DNA of 64,000 nucleotides, taken from Candidatus Bathyarchaeia archaeon (GTDB lineage: Archaea > Thermoproteota > Bathyarchaeia > 40CM-2-53-6). Where the stretch lies: the NCBI GenBank assembly GCA_049513715.1, contig JBEKVV010000005.1, positions 128,001 through 192,000 on the forward strand, read 5' to 3'. A program made the position numbers and the translations under genes. The notes under the pieces are model-generated. The model was given only the letters and a program-made list of their open reading frames with translations. It did no database searches and had not been told where the DNA came from. This document shows positions 58,726 to 64,000 of this stretch, piece after piece; positions within the stretch are counted from its first letter, which is position 1; each line of letters starts with the position of its first letter.

Positions 58726-59830
58726 AGTGAGACAATTGGTTGATCGAAATCAAGAACTAAGAGAAGATTGTTTGGCACTCCTCAAGCGACTCCTAGAGGC
58801 GAGGGGTGTCTCTGGTTATGAAAACTCGATCAGAGATCTCGCTATGAATGAACTGAAGAATTACGTGGACAATGTCGATGTTGACAACCTTGGCAGTGTA
58901 ATAGGGGTGAAAAAAGGACTGGCCGACAAGCCGGCTATCCTAATGATAGCAGCCCACATGGATGAGATAGGACTCCTAGTGAAACATATCGACGAGAAAG
59001 GCTTCCTATATTTCGAAAAGGTAGGAAGCGTTCATGAGAGATTTCTCTTCGCACAAGCTGCAACAGTACACACTGAGAAAGGACAACTAGAGGGAATCAT
59101 CTTCTCCGAACCATTTGACACCCCGGAGGAACAGGAAAGGAAAGTCCCGGACTTGAAGTCATTCTATATGGACCTTGGAGCAAAAAGTAGGGCTGAAGTC
59201 GAACACCTAGGCGTGAGAATTGGGGACCCCATTACTATCGAGAGGCCTTTCAGAACCCTAGCGGGAAAGAACACGATAGCCAGCAGAGCATTCGACGATC
59301 GCGTTGGAATGTGCGTCCTCATCGAAGCCATGAAGCAGCTTAAAAATGAACAACTGCCGCTCTCAATCTACGTTGTCTTCACTACCCAAGAGGAAGTTGG
59401 ATTACGAGGAAGCCACGTTGCAGCATCCAAAATTGCCCCCCAAATGGCGATAGCCGTGGACGTAATGCCTGCTCGAGATACACCCGGCTTCAAAGAGAAA
59501 GAGTACATAACAAGGCTGGGCAGAGGACCAACAATCACGATAATGGAATCAATACCTGATACACCCATAGGTCTGCTAACTCATCCAAAAGTCAGGAGGA
59601 TGCTAGTCGAAACGGCTGAAGCCGAGGGGATTCCTTACCAAAGGGAGGTGTCCGCCGCGGGAACTAACGATGCCGCAGCTATTCAGCTAACGGGTGAAGG
59701 TGTTCCAAGTGGCGCAATTACCATTCCAACAAGGTACACACACGCGTATGAACTGTTGGATACAAGTGACGTTGTGGACTCTGTTCGGTTGCTCGTTGCG
59801 TCCCTCCGTCGTGCGCATAACTACCTCTAA
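58676..59830 (+). CDS. M42 (TET-like) aminopeptidase
   Basis: GVSGYE, AAHMDEIG, FDDRVG, QEEVGLRG, PTRYTH; start probably about 58727-58736. Confidence 0.93.
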   Translation: MWSPLKTLAYFHDRNCEVRQLVDRNQELREDCLALLKRLLEARGVSGYENSIRDLAMNELKNYVDNVDVDNLGSVIGVKKGLADKPAILMIAAHMDEIGLLVKHIDEKGFLYFEKVGSVHERFLFAQAATVHTEKGQLEGIIFSEPFDTPEEQERKVPDLKSFYMDLGAKSRAEVEHLGVRIGDPITIERPFRTLAGKNTIASRAFDDRVGMCVLIEAMKQLKNEQLPLSIYVVFTTQEEVGLRGSHVAASKIAPQMAIAVDVMPARDTPGFKEKEYITRLGRGPTITIMESIPDTPIGLLTHPKVRRMLVETAEAEGIPYQREVSAAGTNDAAAIQLTGEGVPSGAITIPTRYTHAYELLDTSDVVDSVRLLVASLRRAHNYL

Positions 59831-59960
59831 GTGAATGAAACGCAGATCGCGTTACTGCCTTGAGAACCCCCTCTGATCTACTGTATCGAGAAGTGTTAGG
59901 CGCCGAACCGCCGATGCACATCCGTCAGACCGTCAATTAGCAAATTAGCCAAAATGGCAT

Positions 59961-60929
59961 CTAGAGAGGAGGCAAAGAACTAAAGACTGAAGGAATCCCA
60001 CCTGTGTGAAGAAATACAACTCGCTCGTCAACCCATTCTCCTTGTCGTGCTAAGTCAATAACGCCAGCCATCGCTTTTGCAGTATAAACCGGGTCCAGAA
60101 GAATGCCCTCGCATTGCCATAATTCCTTCAAGGTGGATTTCCCCTCCTTTGACGGCACACCATAACCTTCTCCGATATAGTCCGAATTCAGATGGACCTC
60201 CCCTCTGTGAAACTCTCTGTTGAGGCCAATCTTCTTGGACAGAGCGTTGGCGACGCCGCAAATGTATTCCTCGAACATTGGATCGTCATCATTTCGGATA
60301 CCGAGAATTTTCATTTGCGAATTAGTCATCGCCTTTCCTACCAGGATGCCAGCGTGAGTGCCGCCACTTGATGAACAAAACACAAGAACCGTTGGCTTCG
60401 GCGGTAAGTTCTGTAGTTGCTTTTCAAGCTCTTCAAAACCGGCCACATAACCTTGGGCGCCGACCTCATTTGATCCTCCCACCGGGATTATGTAGGGGTT
60501 ACGGCCTTCCTTTCGCAGCCGTTGGGCAAACGCGCCCATGGCGGAGAGGCGTTCTTGCTTGGAAGACACAATGTGGATTTTCGCATCAGCGAGGACATCA
60601 AGTAGGACATTTGCTGTGGGCGGGTCAGGTTTCTCACCTGCTAAGAAAAGGTGGCATTCTATTGAGATTTTCCGAGCAGCAGCAGCGATTATGCGAGCAT
60701 GATTTGATTGCATTTGTCCTGCTGTTAAGATCACGTCGGACCTGTTCCGCAACACGTCAGCCATAAGAAATTCGGCCTTACGCGCCTTGTTTCCACCCAT
60801 CGCAAAACCGGTCAAGTCATCGCGCTTGATCCAAACATCTCTGTTTATTCTACGCGAAAACTCTTCGAGCCTATGCAGCGGAGTTGGTAAGGTGCACAGC
60901 GAAATACGTTCGTCCAAGAGTTCGTTCAA
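59961..60929 (-). CDS. D-cysteine desulfhydrase / ACC deaminase family PLP enzyme
   Basis: PTPL, KRDDLTG, GGNKARK, QSNH, LDPVYTAK, FLHTGG. Confidence 0.93.
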   Translation of the reverse strand: MNELLDERISLCTLPTPLHRLEEFSRRINRDVWIKRDDLTGFAMGGNKARKAEFLMADVLRNRSDVILTAGQMQSNHARIIAAAARKISIECHLFLAGEKPDPPTANVLLDVLADAKIHIVSSKQERLSAMGAFAQRLRKEGRNPYIIPVGGSNEVGAQGYVAGFEELEKQLQNLPPKPTVLVFCSSSGGTHAGILVGKAMTNSQMKILGIRNDDDPMFEEYICGVANALSKKIGLNREFHRGEVHLNSDYIGEGYGVPSKEGKSTLKELWQCEGILLDPVYTAKAMAGVIDLARQGEWVDERVVFLHTGGIPSVFSSLPPL

Positions 60930-61086
60930 TTCCTAATTGCTCAGATCCGCAAATCTGCAATCTCGCATTTATCAACATCGCTCAATGACGTCGTCGTATT
61001 GAGGTCATTCATTAAGACTGGTTAGCCAGTGAACAGCTTCTTTAGTTGACATTGGGAGTTCAAAGCAATCGGACTGGGTCGATGTA

Positions 61087-62054
61087 ATGTTTCCTAGATT
61101 GAATCTTGCTACTGTACCAACTCCACTTCACAAATTAGAAGTCTTGTCACAGAGCCTAGGCATAGATCTGTGGATCAAACGTGATGACTTGACCGGTTTC
61201 GGAATGGGAGGGAACAAGGTTCGAGAAGCGGAATTTTTGCTAGCAGATGCTGTGCAGCAAGAGGCAGATGTGGTGTTGACGGCTGGAACATACAATCCAA
61301 CCATGTTAGAGTAATCGCTGCTGCTTCCCAGCGAGTTGGGTTGGAGTGTCATCTCTTTCTATCCGGACAGGAACCTGATCCTCCAACAGGCAATTTCCTG
61401 CTGGACCGCCTACTAGACGCGAAGATTCATTCTACTAGTTCAAGGGCAGAGCGTCACCCAGCCATGGAGGTTTTCGCGAGCCGCCTCAGGAACGAGGGGC
61501 ATAGACCTTACGTCATTCCGGTAGGTGGCGCAAACGCGATCGGAGCGTACGGATACGTTTTAGGTTTCGAGGAGTTGGAAGGTCAAGTGCGTGGATTGCC
61601 CAAGAAACCGACGATTCTCATATTCGCTTCGTCTTCTGGGACGACATACGCGGGTCTCTTGATTGGAAAATTGCAGATAAAATCAGAAGTTCAGATTGTT
61701 GGAATAAGAACAGACTTGGATCCGAATCCTGAGAACGTAATTTGCGGGATAGCCAATGCTCTCGTTGAACGACTCGGAATTCAGGAGCGAGTTAGACGAG
61801 AAGAGGTTCATCTCAACAGGGATTATGTTGGAGAAGAATTCCGTGTGCCAACGAAAGAAGGAATCGACGCTCTAAGACTGCTATGGCGTCTGGAGGGCAT
61901 TCTGCTTGAACCCGTTTACACAGGAAAAGGAATGGCAGGCCTGATTGATCTTGCTCGAAAGGGCCTCGGGAAGACTGAGCGCGTTGTTTTTCTTCACACA
62001 GGAGGTGTTCCAGCGACCTTCAGCTTCCCAGAGATCCTCTCGCAATCAGTGTAA
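61087..62054 (+). pseudogene. Second D-cysteine desulfhydrase family gene, frameshifted near 61290
   Basis: ORFs 61087-61314 and 61341-62054 join into a full paralog if one base is restored before CAA TCC AAC CAT (QSNH). Confidence 0.8.
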
Positions 62055-62251
62055 TGATGCAGGGAACTCATTTCTTCCCATAAATGCGAACTGGAGGAAC
62101 CTTTTATGGACGCACCACACCGCAAACTTGTCGGCAATTTGTGATCCCTGCGGGACCTCGGACACCGAATCGCTAATAGCGCAAATCACAAGTTAGATTA
62201 TTTGAGCTGCCTCCGAGCGGCATCGGTTTCAGGTATTAGATTCTTCTTGTT

Positions 62252-63112
62252 TCATTCACCATTCCGAATGAGGTCTTTGTTCGCAGCTTCTTCCACTCTG
62301 TCAAGCCAATCGTTAACTAACAGGTTGAACAGTTCCTCTTGTTCTCCCGGTCCTCCCAGAAAGTGGCCCGCCCGATCCAGCACGGCGAAAGTGGCTCTTG
62401 GATAGTTTTCCAAGATTCGCCACTGGTCGGAATATCCAACAACTGAATCTTGTCTGCCACAAACAATGAGTGTTGGTTTGTCGAGATGTTCTGTGAATCC
62501 GTCTCGGTCAAAGGAGAAATTGTTGATTGTCTTAGACATAATGAACTTATGATCTGCGTCCGTATACGACGGGAGAGCGTAAGCTCTGAGGTAGTCCAGT
62601 GCTCTTTGACTCTGAACAACGAGGAAATTTCCCCTTAGAAAATCTTTTTCACGCTCAGTTAACTGCGAAGTGAACGTCGAATCTTCGACAAGCGTAGCAT
62701 GAGAAGGCAGGTTCCGCTTCCCGTAGGTAATGACAGGGACCCAGAGAAATAACCCGTCAATAAGGGAGCCTCTTCCATGAACAACTCCACGTGCAAGATA
62801 ACCACCATACGATTCACCTGCAAGCACAAAACGTTCCCCCCGCGTAACGTTATCGATGAAGTCTAAGGTCACTCGAAGCATCTCGTCGTTACCAGTAATC
62901 CAATCTAGCCCGCGCGTTTTTCCATGGCCTGGCAAGTCAGGGTAGAGACGCTTCCACCCTGAACGGTGGTTGAAAATCGGTTCCAAGCCGGCAACCATAC
63001 AACGATGGTCTTCTTCCTTGCCATGAATTATAACGATTGGCCGACCTTCACCGAACGCCTCGTAGTTGACAGTTATCTTTCCCAGATGACATTCCATGAG
63101 AAAGGTCTCCAA
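62252..63112 (-). CDS. Alpha/beta hydrolase
   Basis: IHG, DLPGHG, GESYGG nucleophile elbow, GRQD, AGH. Confidence 0.92.
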   Translation of the reverse strand: METFLMECHLGKITVNYEAFGEGRPIVIIHGKEEDHRCMVAGLEPIFNHRSGWKRLYPDLPGHGKTRGLDWITGNDEMLRVTLDFIDNVTRGERFVLAGESYGGYLARGVVHGRGSLIDGLFLWVPVITYGKRNLPSHATLVEDSTFTSQLTEREKDFLRGNFLVVQSQRALDYLRAYALPSYTDADHKFIMSKTINNFSFDRDGFTEHLDKPTLIVCGRQDSVVGYSDQWRILENYPRATFAVLDRAGHFLGGPGEQEELFNLLVNDWLDRVEEAANKDLIRNGE

Positions 63113-63303
63113 GCGTGCAATGATGAGTCAACTTGCTCGAAACTATTGCTGGATCTGGAGAAAATGGATTCGGCCCAATAAAGGAAATAGGTATTTGTGT
63201 ATGCGGGAAGTTGTGCCTAGTATATACAAATAGTAACTAATGAAAGCGTAAGTGCATAAACGTATTAGTTCACCTACGCCTTGATGAATATCGGGTCGGA
63301 GTT

Positions 63304-64000
63304 ATGTCTCCTAAATGGAAATATGCAATCGTAGGTGTAGTAATCATCATCGTCTTGCTTGGCATTGTGGCATGGCAGTTCATCACGCCCAGTGTTCCGA
63401 CCCCTCAGGTGACTCAGACAACTCAGGCAAGTGCCGTGCCGAACGCTGACACTTTGATTTGGGACACAACAGGCGAACCGAGGACCCTTGACCCAATGGA
63501 TGCTTATGACGGACCTTCAATCCGTGAAATAGCTTCCGTCTATGATCGGTTGGTGAGTGAGGATTTCATTAATGGAACCTTACAGATCGTGCCGAGCTTG
63601 GCCACAAGTTGGGAGGTTGATTCATCAGGCAGAGTCTGGACGTTTCATCTGCGTCAAGGTGTGAATTTCTCCAACGGCGATCCGTTCGATGCTAATGCTG
63701 TCAAGTACTCTTTCGATCGTTTGCTTAAGATGAATTCGCCATCAAGCGGCCTCGTATGGATGTTCAGTCAAGATATGAATCTGAACAGCACGAAAGTCAT
63801 TGACAAGTATACTGTTCAAATCACGACGACGCAGCCTTCCGGTTTCTTTCTCTCTACTATAGCCACTTGGGCAGCGTCGATCGTTGACCCTGCGGTCGTT
63901 GAAGCTCATGGAGGCGTAGTGGCCAACCAGGACAATCAGTGGATGTACGACCACGAGGTCGGTACAGGTCCTTACATGCTCGTGGAGTGGCAGCACAATC
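63304..64000 (+). CDS. ABC transporter substrate-binding protein, family 5 (OppA/DppA-like), runs off window end
   Basis: Manual translation from ATG 63304: TM anchor, TLDP, VYDRLV, PSLATSWEV, WTFHLRQGVNFSNGDPFDA.AVKYSFDR, VGTGPY. Confidence 0.9.
   Translation, partial: MSPKWKYAIVGVVIIIVLLGIVAWQFITPSVPTPQVTQTTQASAVPNADTLIWDTTGEPRTLDPMDAYDGPSIREIASVYDRLVSEDFINGTLQIVPSLATSWEVDSSGRVWTFHLRQGVNFSNGDPFDANAVKYSFDRLLKMNSPSSGLVWMFSQDMNLNSTKVIDKYTVQITTTQPSGFFLSTIATWAASIVDPAVVEAHGGVVANQDNQWMYDHEVGTGPYMLVEWQHN

Noticed and set aside
76..63996. Numerous antisense or alternate-frame ORFs in the supplied track (e.g. 76-474, 3552-3899, 51203-51616, 63742-63996)
   Set aside because: They are shadows of well-supported genes with no independent motifs.

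Overview
Archaeal chromosomal window. The group II chaperonin (thermosome) C-terminus, F420-type PPOX and LLM enzymes, a PEF-CTERM surface protein and TATA-like promoters support this; the gene repertoire suggests a TACK lineage such as Bathyarchaeia, which is inference only. Bases 1-31.9k are mostly housekeeping and metabolic genes, including a HypD-type glycyl radical enzyme with its activase and a P5C dehydrogenase-like ALDH. The most striking signal is non-coding. From about 32.0 to 54.65 kb, accessory genes are split into 1-5 gene blocks by about 20 short repeats built on tRNA 3'-end geometry (T-loop + 12 nt + NCCA). Family A has nine co-oriented copies (conserved CTTATATGTACCGGTAAATTG arm + tRNA-Leu-like T-arm). 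Family B is a tRNA core + GACCCACACAC arm. There are also family C and lone tRNA-3' fragments. One arginase gene is flanked by a perfect 22-bp direct repeat, and a probable tyrosine-integrase fragment abuts one repeat. This looks like a tRNA-att-based, integron/tycheposon-like gene-cassette island. I saw no intact tRNA or intact integrase in the window. The last about 8 kb is a peptide/amino-acid catabolic cluster ending in a truncated ABC peptide-binding protein.
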